This document shows, one piece after another, positions 46,315-57,100 of a stretch of DNA of 64,000 nucleotides. Every line of letters begins with the position of its first letter. The stretch's first letter is position 1. The stretch is from Leucoraja ocellata (taxonomy: Eukaryota). The notes under the pieces are model-generated. The model did not search any database. It saw nothing but the letters and a program-made list of their open reading frames with translations, and was not told the DNA's origin. The translations under genes and the position numbers were made by a program. Location: contig JAWMAR010000104.1 of the NCBI GenBank assembly GCA_036785375.1, forward strand, positions 4,526,001-4,590,000, read 5' to 3'.

Positions 46315-48443
46315 CCGATATTAGGGGACATGATCAATTTTGAAACACATAAATGAACAGTTAACATTATCTTTAAAGATTACAATGTACGATATTTAAT
46401 TAAAAACACCGTGTTACACTAACGGGATACACATCTATGTAATAGGCGAGTTCGGTATTCCGTCTGCGCATGCCCAGGTCATAGGTCACTAGTTATAAAG
46501 TCTCGGCAACGGTGGTGCTGCATTGTGTGCAGGCTTGCGTTTCGTCCGTGTTCGGGGATGGGGTGGGGGTCGAGGTGGGGTGCTCTCTTTGCTGCTGGTG
46601 CGTCCTCGTCACATCCCCAGTGTCCCGTCCCTGTCCGGAGGTGTCCGGGGTGGCTTTGGGCTGGCGTGGCGGCTCCTGACTTGCAGCCGCTGGCTTCAGA
46701 TCGGCTATGCCGGGTGGCCGACAGCCCTCCACCTCCACCCCCCTCCCCTCAGTCTGACACCGAGATCCTACTGCAGGTGGGCAGCCGCCGGCTGGATGAT
46801 GTGGCAGCGGGTACCGTAGGGGCAAAGCGCAGCTCGGCCAGGCCGTGGGCGAACTGGCACCATCCAGCCGCCGCTGGGCCCGTCCCCGTCCCCTCCCGAG
46901 TGTCCCGTCCGGGGGCCACCAGGGACGTCTGGGGCGGCGGGACAGGCAAAATCGAGCTGGGGCCGGCGCCTCCCCTCCGCTGGCTGCGGGCCTGGGCCAA
47001 CACTCACGTCCGCGGACCTTTGGATAGAAGACCCTCCTTTAGACTTCCTACGCATTAGACTTTTGCGCCGTGGTTGGGATGGATGGGAGCGGGGATGTCC
47101 ACGTGCGCAGTCAACAAATGACTTAAAGTTTGCGTTGAGTGAACTGAGTGTTCTTAACGTTCTCGCGGTACACCGGCGTTTTGTGAGTGGTTCGACCCCA
47201 GCTTCAGCTCAACAAACGTAGGTCACATTACCCGGGCAGGCGGCGGGGGATCTGGAGCTGATATGAGGCATCGGCGATGCTCTGCAATCCTAGTCGGCCG
47301 CCGCCAAGCAGCTGGGTCGAGGAGGCAGCGCCCGACCCGGGGAGTAGAGGTGTCAGTTCTACCAGCGGCGAGCGGAGAGGCACCAGCTACCGCGGGCCGC
47401 TCACCTGTCGGGCGCTGACTCCTCGATTCCGGGATCCAACCACTCTCACAAAACGCCGGTGTACGTCAAGGACGGTAAGAACACTCAGTTCACTCAACGC
47501 AAACTTTAGGTCATGTGTTCTTTGCGACCGCGGAAATCTGTAGCGCGGTCTAGGCGAGGTGGTTCTGAAGTTGCATTCTCTCGATTTAGGACATTTTATC
47601 GACTCTCCTAGAAGCAGTGAGCCATTTCTTTACCAATGGTTGTCTGTCTAACTGAAACCTCTCTCCCCCACCTCTCACAGTCTCTCCCTGTCTCCCACTC
47701 GCATTTGCCTGATCTCTCTCGCTGTTGCACCCCGATCTCCCCACTACCGCGCGTTTTTTTTTTAACTCTCGAATGACCTTTGACAAATCCCATGATTCCT
47801 TGTGCTTTTCGAAATACCGAACTGGCTTATTGCAGTCATTTTCTTAACCGTGTTATTCTCTCTATTGTAGATGATCTCCTTCACATTCGGAGCCGGAATG
47901 TGATGTATAAATTTAACAAATCTGCAATTATTGGTGATTGCTCGTGATTGAGAGAATGCCCTTTGGGGTCATGCAATGCCATTAACCTGGTTTCCGCATG
48001 CACCCGGGGGTGTCCTTTGGGGTCATGCACAACAATGCCTTGGTTTTTGCAGCATACACGCCACTTAGTCTAGTACATTATGTGTTAACACAGCATAGAT
48101 AGAGTTGATATGGACAGGATGTTTCTGGAGGTAGAGTTTTGTACCAGTGGTCATAGCCTCCGAATTAAAGGGCGCTCTTTTAGAAAGGAGGCGAGGAGGA
48201 ACTTCCTGAGTCAGACGGTAGTTAATCTGTCCAACTCATTGCCACAGAGGGCTGTCAGTGGATATGTTTAAAACAGAGATAGATAAATTGTTGATTGGAA
48301 CGGGTGTCAAGGGTTATGGGGAGAAGGCAGGAAAATTGGATTAGGAAGCAGAGATCAGCCATGATTGCATGTCGGAGGAGACTCGTTGGGCCGACTGGCC
48401 TAATTCTACCCCTATAACTTGTGAACCAAGCTGCTAATTGCCT
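46315..48443. mobile_element. Composite ~2.1-kb foreign insertion: TIR-like end, GC/CpG-rich core, internal inverted repeat, CR1 tail (48095-48430)
   Basis: The unit sequence breaks at CACAATTTGAACCTCACGGT (46314) and resumes at TACTTTCGCTCGTTTT (~48445); these motifs lie ~10 bp apart in paralogous units. Confidence 0.65.
47105..47526. repeat. ~88-bp inverted repeat (47105-47192 / 47438-47526) around a ~245-bp GC-rich spacer; MITE-like
   Basis: TAAAGTTTGCGTTGAGTGAACTGAGTGTTCTTA...GTACACCGGCGTTTTGTGAG vs CTCACAAAACGCCGGTGTAC...TAAGAACACTCAGTTCACTCAACGCAAACTTTA. Confidence 0.85.
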
Positions 48444-49472
48444 TTACTTTCGCTCGTTTTCTCCTCCCTTTCACACGTAATACATTATTCCATTCATACG
48501 TGGTCCTCACCTATTCCTTTACTTCCAAACTAAAGTCGTATCAATTTTTCATCAGTGTGCCAAACTGCCCGTTTCTCACTTTTCCCCACTTGTGCAGCCC
48601 AACATGCTCAGTGTTTCTAGTCTCACCACACATACCGCCCATCACTTTATCAACTTGTACATTAATTGCAAATGCTGATTTTAACCATGGATAACGTCGC
48701 GTTGCCTTTCCTCTCCACTTCAAGATGACTCAGGGGCTTTCCGATACATCCAAGAATGGTGATTCAGGCATTTCCTCAACCCAGGCTATCCTCACCAAAA
48801 ATGAACTGCATACAAAATCCCCTCCTCAACTGAATTCAACCACCACTTGATACTGTTTGCTGTAAGCATCCGCTCGTCTATTTCTACCAACCTCCTGAAG
48901 TCACGAAGGGCTCGACACCAACCGCCATGTGCCTCTCCGCTCCCCCCCCCCCCCCCCCCCCCCCCCACTCAGATCATTGAGTTCTTCTAGTCAGTAGTGC
49001 TCACAATCTCAGCATCTGCCATCAATTCTCTTTCAGATATAGGAGCTTAATTATTTCCTTCAACTGTTGATTATTGTTATATGTATTTTTTGTACCACGA
49101 ACTAACTACAATTCTTATAGAACGCGTGGGTACGCAATCAGAAAATTCTTCGCCGCAACTTCCCCTTATTAATACGTAGTGGATCCAGATATCCAGACAC
49201 TTTGCGTAATGAACTAAATGGCAACACGTTTATGCACATTATCCAATGACAGAATGACTGCCTTCAGAAATAAAATATGCAATTTCAAAATGGTTTCATT
49301 CCCATTTCAGGAATTTTTATTTTTGACAATTGTACTCCAATTTAAGCAAAAGAGAAAAAACGCAAGAAGGGGATGTTTTCTTCAAATTTCACTCGCATTG
49401 ATTCACATTACTGGGCAGAAAGAAAATGGCCGCATAAGAATAGGCATTCCTTAATCTACGTATCAGCGTAAT

Positions 49473-51857
49473 TTAGCATTGGGCTTGAGAGGTGGGTGCG
49501 CCGCATGGCTTCAAGAAGAGAAAATCGGTTTTAGCTGACTCTGGAGAAAGACAACCCGAGTATTGATTCGGTTCTTGTACGCGGAGTACCCTTCCCGTCC
49601 CAGGATAGCGTAAAGTTTCCTCCAGGGCAGGTCTTCCACTAAACGTACCGTGAGAACCCCCATAATTGTGAGCATAACTAGGCGAGTTATACTCTTGGAT
49701 ACTATGTCTGTCCTGTTTACACTTGATACCAATCAATAGAATGATGATCAAAAGAAAGACCACGGAGGTGCAACTGAAAATGACGATTAAATAAACGTTT
49801 AGATCAGAGAAATATTCTGGATTCTTCACCAAGGTACTGCTTTCGCTGATTCCTTCAGTGCTGTTCCACAACAATCTAATGTTAATTCTAACTGTGCTGG
49901 ACAGGCTTGGCTGCCCATTGTCCTTAACCAAGATGACTAGAGTTTGTAAAGCATTATCTGACTGCAAAATATTGCGCGCTGTTCTGACTTCTCCGGAATG
50001 TTGTCCAATGTTATACAACCCGGGTGCGGTAGATTTCATCATCTGATAAAAGAGCCGTGCGTTCTGACCTGAATCGGCATCGGTTGCGATTATCTTGGTG
50101 ACCAAGTACCCTTGGCCCGCTGTCTGGGGCACGACCTCCACTGTTGCTGAGCCAATTTGTTCTGAAGGTGAAACAATTACCGGCGCGTTGTCATTTTGAT
50201 CCAGGATGATCACATTCACCATGGCGCTGCTGCTCAACTGAGGCACCCCGGCGTCACGGGCTTGAACATGGATTTGGAAGTTCTTGAGTTCCTCATAGTC
50301 AAAGGAACGCAGCGCGTAAATAGTACCGTTCATTGAGTTAATAGCGAGGTAAGTGGACACTGGCAAGTTTTGGATATGATTATCGAGAAAGGAGTAGGAA
50401 ACATGGGAATATAGATCCAGATCAGGATCCATTGCAGTTACTGAGGAAACGGACGCACCCGCCGCGTTATTCTCCATTATATATATGTTGTAGGATGTCT
50501 CACCGAACTGTGGTGCGTTATCATTAATGTCCGAAATTGAAATCTCGATGGTTTTATTTGTTGATAGTGAAGGCGACCCCAAGTCCCAGGCTGAAATAAG
50601 AATGTTATACTCAGAGATCGCTTCACGGTCCAACGTTTCACTGGTGATTAATTTATAGTGGTTCGATGTCTTTTGCAGTCGAAATGGGACGTTCTTTTGT
50701 ATCTCGCAACGCACTTGACCGTTCGTTTCGGAATCGCGATCGATCACATAAATCAGGGATATGAAACTTCCTGGTGGAGTATCCTCCTGGATTTTGTTGG
50801 AAGCTGATGTTACCCTTATCTCAGGTGCATTGTCATTCGCGTCAATCACTTTGATCACAACTTTGCAGTGCCCCGTCATTGCAGGTGAACCGTGGTCCTG
50901 GGCTTGAATATCGAGAGAATAGCTGTTTACTTCTTCAAAATCTAGAGGCCCATTAACTAGAATCTCCCCGGTGCGTGGACCCAAACTGAATACATTTTGC
51001 ACTCTTCGCAAAGTAGCATCATGGAAACGATATGTTAACTCTGCATTCAGTCCTTCGTCCAAATCATTTGCTTGGATTTTCAGCACCAACGTACCCCGCG
51101 CAGCGTTCTCACTTACGCTGCCTCTATAACTATCATGATCGAACACAGGTGGATTATCGTTGATGTCCAATACTTTAATGAGAATCTGAGCTGTGGCTGA
51201 TCTCTGAGGGGTTCCGCCGTCAATCGCAGTAAGCAAGAGTTGAAGGGATGATTGCTGCTCTCGGTCCAACACCTTCTCTAACAGCAACTCGGCTATTATA
51301 ATACCGTCTTCGGCTCTCTGTGTTTTTAGACTAAAGTGCTCACTGGAACTGATTGTGTAAGCGGCCACGGTATTTGTACCAAAGTCGGGATCATCCGCGC
51401 CCTCGAGTCGGAAACGTACACCGGGTGCACTGGCTTCCGATATCTGCAAGACAATGCTGCTCTGCGGGAAAGTGGGAGAATTGTCATTTACATCAAGAAT
51501 CTCCAATTCCCCGTGATACATCTCCAAAGGGTTTGCCAGTATGGTTTCGAAAGCTATAGTACATTTATCAGTCTGTCCACAAATACGTTCCCGGTCGATT
51601 CTTTCACGAATAGACATGATTCCATTGTCCAAACTGACCTTCATGTACCGCCCTCCGTCATCAGAGCCCAATCGGAATTTGCGAGCTGACAATTGCCGTA
51701 CGTTCAGGCCCAAATCCACAGCGATATTCCCAACAAATGCCCCTTGCTTCATTTCCTCGGGAATAGAATAACGAATTTGCCCGGAGATTAGACCCGGTCG
51801 ACATATCACAAATATGCAAGCAAACGCAGTGAAGGCAAACCTCGGTAGGCACGCCAT
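49473..51857 (-). CDS. Clustered protocadherin gene 7 (gamma-like, single ORF), 794 aa
   Basis: The 848-aa track ORF starts at a GTG inside the promoter block; the paralog-conserved ATG is at 51857 (MACLPRF). Full domain set, ends SQAQC. Confidence 0.95.
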   Translation of the reverse strand: MACLPRFAFTAFACIFVICRPGLISGQIRYSIPEEMKQGAFVGNIAVDLGLNVRQLSARKFRLGSDDGGRYMKVSLDNGIMSIRERIDRERICGQTDKCTIAFETILANPLEMYHGELEILDVNDNSPTFPQSSIVLQISEASAPGVRFRLEGADDPDFGTNTVAAYTISSSEHFSLKTQRAEDGIIIAELLLEKVLDREQQSSLQLLLTAIDGGTPQRSATAQILIKVLDINDNPPVFDHDSYRGSVSENAARGTLVLKIQANDLDEGLNAELTYRFHDATLRRVQNVFSLGPRTGEILVNGPLDFEEVNSYSLDIQAQDHGSPAMTGHCKVVIKVIDANDNAPEIRVTSASNKIQEDTPPGSFISLIYVIDRDSETNGQVRCEIQKNVPFRLQKTSNHYKLITSETLDREAISEYNILISAWDLGSPSLSTNKTIEISISDINDNAPQFGETSYNIYIMENNAAGASVSSVTAMDPDLDLYSHVSYSFLDNHIQNLPVSTYLAINSMNGTIYALRSFDYEELKNFQIHVQARDAGVPQLSSSAMVNVIILDQNDNAPVIVSPSEQIGSATVEVVPQTAGQGYLVTKIIATDADSGQNARLFYQMMKSTAPGLYNIGQHSGEVRTARNILQSDNALQTLVILVKDNGQPSLSSTVRINIRLLWNSTEGISESSTLVKNPEYFSDLNVYLIVIFSCTSVVFLLIIILLIGIKCKQDRHSIQEYNSPSYAHNYGGSHGTFSGRPALEETLRYPGTGRVLRVQEPNQYSGCLSPESAKTDFLFLKPCGAPTSQAQC

Positions 51858-52004
51858 TGTTCCGCGCCCTCTCAAAGTCCCAGACCAGGCCTCTCCTCGG
51901 GTAATCCGTGCAAATGGTCCACGCACCAGATAAAAAATCTTATAGATTTCCAAACCCGAATTGAAACAGACGGGAAATCTATCGTCCTCAGCCTGTTTCG
52001 GCAA

Positions 52005-52175
52005 TGGAAACGCAGGCACTGCTCGCCTCTCTCGTCGCGTATGACGTTTTTATTCTGGGATGTGGGAGGGGCAATGGATCCATCTGTGTGCTTGAGCTTC
52101 TCATTGGTAGACAGCGACACGACCAGTTCTTTTCAACAACTGCAGCTGCAATTCTTAAAGCTGTGCTGCTCTCCT
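52005..52175 (-). promoter_or_regulatory. Conserved Pcdh promoter with CSE/CGCT box (core ~52100-52126)
   Basis: Minus strand TGCAGTTGTTGAAAAGAACTGGTCGTGTCGCTGTCTACCAATGAG. Confidence 0.8.
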
Positions 52176-52509
52176 GCACATTTAATGGTGTATTAAACAC
52201 CCAGTATAAAAATAAATTTGCAGGAGTTTATTTTGCATTTATCTTTAAAGTCACAGCAATCACGTCTGGAGTGGGTTATTCCCAGAGCGGAAACTCGTTC
52301 TGTTGGTCAGATAAAATGCAATAGGGAATAAGTAGATGGCATCAATATATCTATGATGAAGCATAGCATATCGGATATATAGTCGTTGTTAACTGATTTT
52401 GGAGCACTTATTGTTGTACATTATATTTATATAACGATGACATAATTTCCCTTCTTTGACATGATTACGCCCTTCCCAACAAAAATAATTTTCAAGAATA
52501 TTGGACCAG

Positions 52510-53715
52510 TGAAGAAATGAGGGGGCATCGCGTTGAAATATACAGAATAGTGAAAGGCTTGGAAAAGTTCAGTTCAAGTGAGTTGATTGTCATGTGTCCC
52601 TATATAGGACAATGGAATTCTTGCTTTGCTCCACACAGAACATAGTAGGCATTTACTACAAAACAGATAAGTGTGTCCATATACCATAATGTACATATAT
52701 ACACACATGAAAAATCAACTGATAAAGTGCAAATAACAGATAATGGGTTAATAATAATCAGAGTTTTGTCCGAGCCAGGTTTAATAGCCTGATGGCTGTG
52801 GGGAAGTAGCTATTCCTGAACCTGGTTGTTGCAGTCTCCATGCTCCTGTACCTGAAAGTAGCATGCAGATGAGTGTGTGGCCAGGATGGTGTGGGTCTTT
52901 GATGATACTACCAGCCTTTTTGAGGAAGCGGCTGCGATAGATCCCCTCGATGCAAGGAATGTCAGAGCCGATGATGGACTGGGCAGCGTTTACTACTTAT
53001 AGTATTTTCCTCTCTAGGGCGCTCAAGTTGCCGAACCAGGCCACGATGCAACCGGTCAGCGTGCTCTCTACTGTGCACCTGTAGAAGTTAGAGAGTCCTC
53101 CTTGACAAACCGGCTCTCCGTAATCTTCTCGGGATGTAGAGGCGCTGATGAGCTTTCTTGATAATTGTATTAGTGTTCTCGGACCAGGAACGATCTTCAG
53201 AGATGTACACGCCCAGGAATTTGAAGCTCTTGACCCTTTCAACCATCGATCCGTTGATATAAATCCTACTCCTACTCCTTCCAAAGTCCACAAATCAGTT
53301 CCTTGGTTTCGCTGGTGTTGAGGGCCAGGTTATTGCGCTGGCACCATATGGACAGTTGCTCGATAAAGTGGATGTGGAGAGGATGTTTCCATTAGTGGGA
53401 GAGTCTAGAACTAGAGGTCATCGCCTCAGAATTAAAGGACATATTTTAGAATGGAGATGAGGAGAAATGTCTTGCTTCAGAGGGCGGTGAGTCTATCGTA
53501 TTCTTTATTACGGAAGGCTGTATAGGCCAGGTCAGTGGATATTTTGAAGGCATGGTTATATAGATTCTTGATTAGTTATGTGCAGATGTTAGGGGGAGAA
53601 GGCAGGAGAATGTTATTAGAAGAGAGTGATGGATTACCCATGATTGAATGGCGAAGTAGACTTGATGGGCCGAATTGCCTAATTCTATTCGTAATCCTTA
53701 TGACCTTATGACCTC
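52510..53715 (+). mobile_element. CR1-type LINE fragment split by a nested Rex1-like element
   Basis: TACAGAATAGTGAAAGGCTTGGA (to 52563) continues as TAAAGTGGATGTGGAGAGGATGTTTCCA..AGAGGTCAT (from ~53364); ends in a (TTATGACC)n tail. Confidence 0.7.
52565..53363 (-). mobile_element. Rex1/Babar-type LINE RT C-terminal fragment
   Basis: ORFs 53088..53291 and 52997..53293 give INGSMVERVKSFKFLGVYISED.SWSEN..IIKKAHQRLY..RRLRRAGL / FYRCTVESTLTGCIVAWFGN, frameshifted. Confidence 0.8.
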
Positions 53716-53799
53716 TTTAGCGATCAAAGGACGTCATGTTGAGTATTTCTTTGTCACTTTCTATATATTGCATAATGGATTCGGGAATATAATAGAGTC

Positions 53800-54300
53800 A
53801 TTATAGAGACATAGACTAATACAACGTGGAGACAGTCTCTTCGGCACAACTTGCTCACACCGGCCAACATATCCCAGCTGCTCAAATCCCATCCGCCCGC
53901 GTTTGGTCCATATCCCTCCAAACCTGTTTTATCCATGTACTTGTCTAGCTGTTTCTTAAATGTTAGGCTAGTCCCTGCCTCAATTACCTCCGCTGGCAGC
54001 TTATTCCACACACCCACAATCCTTTGTGTGAAAACGTTAGTCCTCATATTCCTCTTATCTTTTCCCCTTCACTTTAAACCTGTGTCCTCTGGTCCTCGAT
54101 TCTCCTACTCTGGGAATGGGACTATGTGCATCTTGCTTCGTTTTTTCAGCATCTGTAGTTCTTTCATAAACCTGTGCATCTACACGATCCATTCATGCCT
54201 ATTCATCGTCCCTCATCTCCGTGCGCTCCAAGGAATAGAGTCCCAGCCTACACTATCACTCCCTATAGCTCTGACCGTCCAGATCTGACAACATCCTCGT
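53800..54300 (-). mobile_element. CR1-type LINE 3' fragment
   Basis: ORF 53754..54047 MRTNVFTQRIVGVWNKLPAEVIEAGTSLTFKKQLDKYMD matches the CR1 ORF2 C-terminus. Confidence 0.8.
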
Positions 54301-55620
54301 AAAGCTTTCGATTGGCCAATTGTGGAACCAAATTCCTGTTGAAAGGAAGTAATTGTTGGAGAAATGTACCGTCACGTCCAAGTCCAGCCGGGTTTATTGA
54401 CACATGCATGCATAGGTAAGGAGGCGAGGTTCTGCTACAATGTAAATCTTGGCAGCAGCTTCGCAAGTACATCGTCCAGCACACCCCGACGGATGTTGTT
54501 GGAAGCATAGAATATAGGTGTCGGTGTGAGGTGTAGCACAGGAAATTTTGTGAATTTTCCAATTCATATTTAATTTGAGATTCTCTCTTTCATTGTTCCT
54601 TTTCCGACTGGCTTCGTGCCTGCAATTTGCAACTAAGTGACTAAATTGCGCATTATTCCGCAGATTTGTTCTCATTTAAACTGCGTCCTAATTAACACGA
54701 ATCTCTTGTTGCCACGTTTACCGTGTAAAATACCCTTTTCAGTGAACGTTAACAAGGTGGTTTAAAATACTTGTAATGTGTTCAGACATTCGAAGTTTAT
54801 TTCCACTACTGGAGTTGGCATTGGGTGTTCAACGTCGTATATGATCACGGCAAAGTTTGAATAGTACGTTCTTCATGTCGTAGAGGATAGAATGTTATTC
54901 AAACTCAATGCATTGGTCATGTTCACCATTGGGTGAAATATTTCTGAAGGTTTTTGATGCCACAACGGGTTCATTTGGGTGTCAGTTAGACGCCATTCTC
55001 ATGTATTTTACTATTTATATTTTTATATTACATCACATCACAAACGTTTTACAATGACCGAACCAGGGTGGCATCTGGGACATCCCTTCCATCCAAGATT
55101 GGTGATTCAACAATTCCTCCTCAACTGCCCGTATTCCCCACACAAATCAACAGCCAAAATGTCCCATTCTCAACTGTTTCCAACCTTTCTCTCGCCAACA
55201 CCCCCCCCCCCTCCCCCCACACACACAACCTCACCTCCCTCTCTGTAGTCAATGGCTCGAGACCAAACATCGTCTACTCTCCGCAGCTGCTGTCTGACAG
55301 GGCTGAGTTTTTACAGTAAGTTAATTTCTTGCACAGGATTTCACCAGCTGCCATCCCGCCTTTTACCGAAGTGGTATTAATCGAGACTTGCAGCATCCAC
55401 TGTATATTATTATATATACACATATTATTACTACTATTATCAACAATTCAGGTGGAACGCGTTGCTTAGCAACCAGAAAACATTTCAACGCAATTTTGCA
55501 TTGTCATTCAATCCAGGTACCCAGATCATTTGCGTAATTGACCAAGTAGCATCACATTTGTGCATATTATCAAATGACAAGCAGAAGGCCTCCCCTCACA
55601 ATTACCAACGCCATTTCAAA

Positions 55621-57100
55621 CGGTTGATCTAGAATCCCTTCAACTCAATAGCTTGCTTTCTTGTTCTGCTGTTCACACACTACTTACACAGTCCCGGTTC
55701 TAGTTCAGTTCATTAATCTGCAAATGTGAGATATTAAAAAAGTTAAAGAATTTATTATTTTCATTGATCCTTAATGTGTTTGCCACTGGAATAACAAAAT
55801 ATTACTTGTGTTTTAAATATTTTCTTATCCTTATTCATAATTTATGTGTAAAAAGATATTTAATCTGCGGCAGGCAGCGACTGTATCAGCGTGATGTGGG
55901 CTGATGCTTTACCTACAGGTGGTGTGAATGTACCGTTAAGGCACAGATTAATCTCCGAGGAAAACTGAGTACAGGGTTGGCCCTGCGAAGGAACCGCCAA
56001 TCCGATATAAGACATTTAACTGCGAAATGCCTGCCCTTCAGTATTGGATAGATTAAGTGGAGGGTCTGTGCTGCACCAAGTTTGCGGTGGATGCGGTGCG
56101 TTTCCCCCAGCCATCTCGCCCAGTGCAAGTTAACCAGCACAGTTTGTCAGCCCTTGTTAACAGAGGCTCTTTGTGCAGGTGTTACCCGAAGCTCACTTCC
56201 ACTGGGTGGCGCCACCGTAGCGCAACCTTACCAACAGTCTGTTTTTCCTTTCTACTGGTTTTTATTGTTTTAAGTATGAACTAATAGTTTGTTTCAATGT
56301 TTCTTGGTTAGATGATGTGGGGGGGGGGGGGGGGGGGGGGGATAGGAGGATACTTTTTTTCAGTATCTTTCCTCGATGAAGAACTCATATTACGGGTTGG
56401 CTCCGCATTTGCCCACTCGCAGGGGAGGTTGGCGCCTCCTTCGAAGAGAGCAAGCACAAATCCCATTAGCTGGTGAGCTGCGACCCACTACTGAGTGAAG
56501 CCTCTAATATGGCAGTGGTTCAAATGGCTGCAAATTCTTATAATTATCACCGCCCGGTCACCCAGCTTCGGCTCCCAACTGTGTACCCTGACAGACTGGA
56601 ACCAACCCCAGAGGTTAAAGCGACAACATCTTTATTTAAGCCAACCCACCTCGAAAGTTTAACCAGCCCGTTCGAATCCAATCTGAACTTTTCACCCAGC
56701 ACATTCTCCTCGTTTCTTTCAGTGCAGGAAGGATGTTTAATAGGAATGCAATTGGTTGACCACACAACCTGTAATTTGTGTAAATCAATACCGAATTTGA
56801 ATGGTTGTGACTCAGGCTAATGCCAGGGATTTTATAATTGACAGGTTCGTTCCAGGCATTCTTTTATTGGGTATTGGGTTAATAATTCAAATAGATACAA
56901 TTGTGGATTTGTGCAACCTGCAGTACGCGGTGGCCTACTGCTGAGATATTTGGCGGATACATTTATTTAGAAATCCCATTGAAATGAATACGCTGGTCCG
57001 TACACACACAGTCGCTCGGCTGGCGAAAATGTTTATCCCGAATGATCCATGACCTGGGCATGCGCAGATGTAATACCGAACTCGCTTATTGTTTCGTTAC
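55621..57100. mobile_element. ~1.5-kb foreign sequence occupying an empty Pcdh slot; ends in a TIR-like 42-mer (57049-57090)
   Basis: Flanked on the left by a Pcdh 3'-flank module and on the right by a Pcdh far-upstream module. No Pcdh coding or promoter sequence lies between them. Confidence 0.55.

Noticed and set aside
46493-47543. Overlapping 60-177-aa ORFs in the GC-rich insert
   Set aside because: Expected from high GC content; low-complexity P/G/R/A composition and no transposase or other domain.
51858-52019. 54-aa N-terminal extension of gene 7, and the 6-aa TTG-initiated extensions of genes 1, 3, 4, 5 and 8
   Set aside because: These start at GTG or TTG, are not open in all paralogs, and precede a conserved ATG in good context followed by a signal peptide.
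51872-52324. Similar short ORFs over each promoter (MSLSTNEKL..., ...ELLIGRQRHDQFF...)
   Set aside because: The similarity comes from conservation of the non-coding promoter block; starts, lengths and frames vary among paralogs.
2354-56341. Long poly-C and poly-G tracts (2354, 2597, 15616, 32332, 48942, 56318)
   Set aside because: Simple homopolymers, mostly within repeats, not conserved among paralogous units, and of unreliable length.
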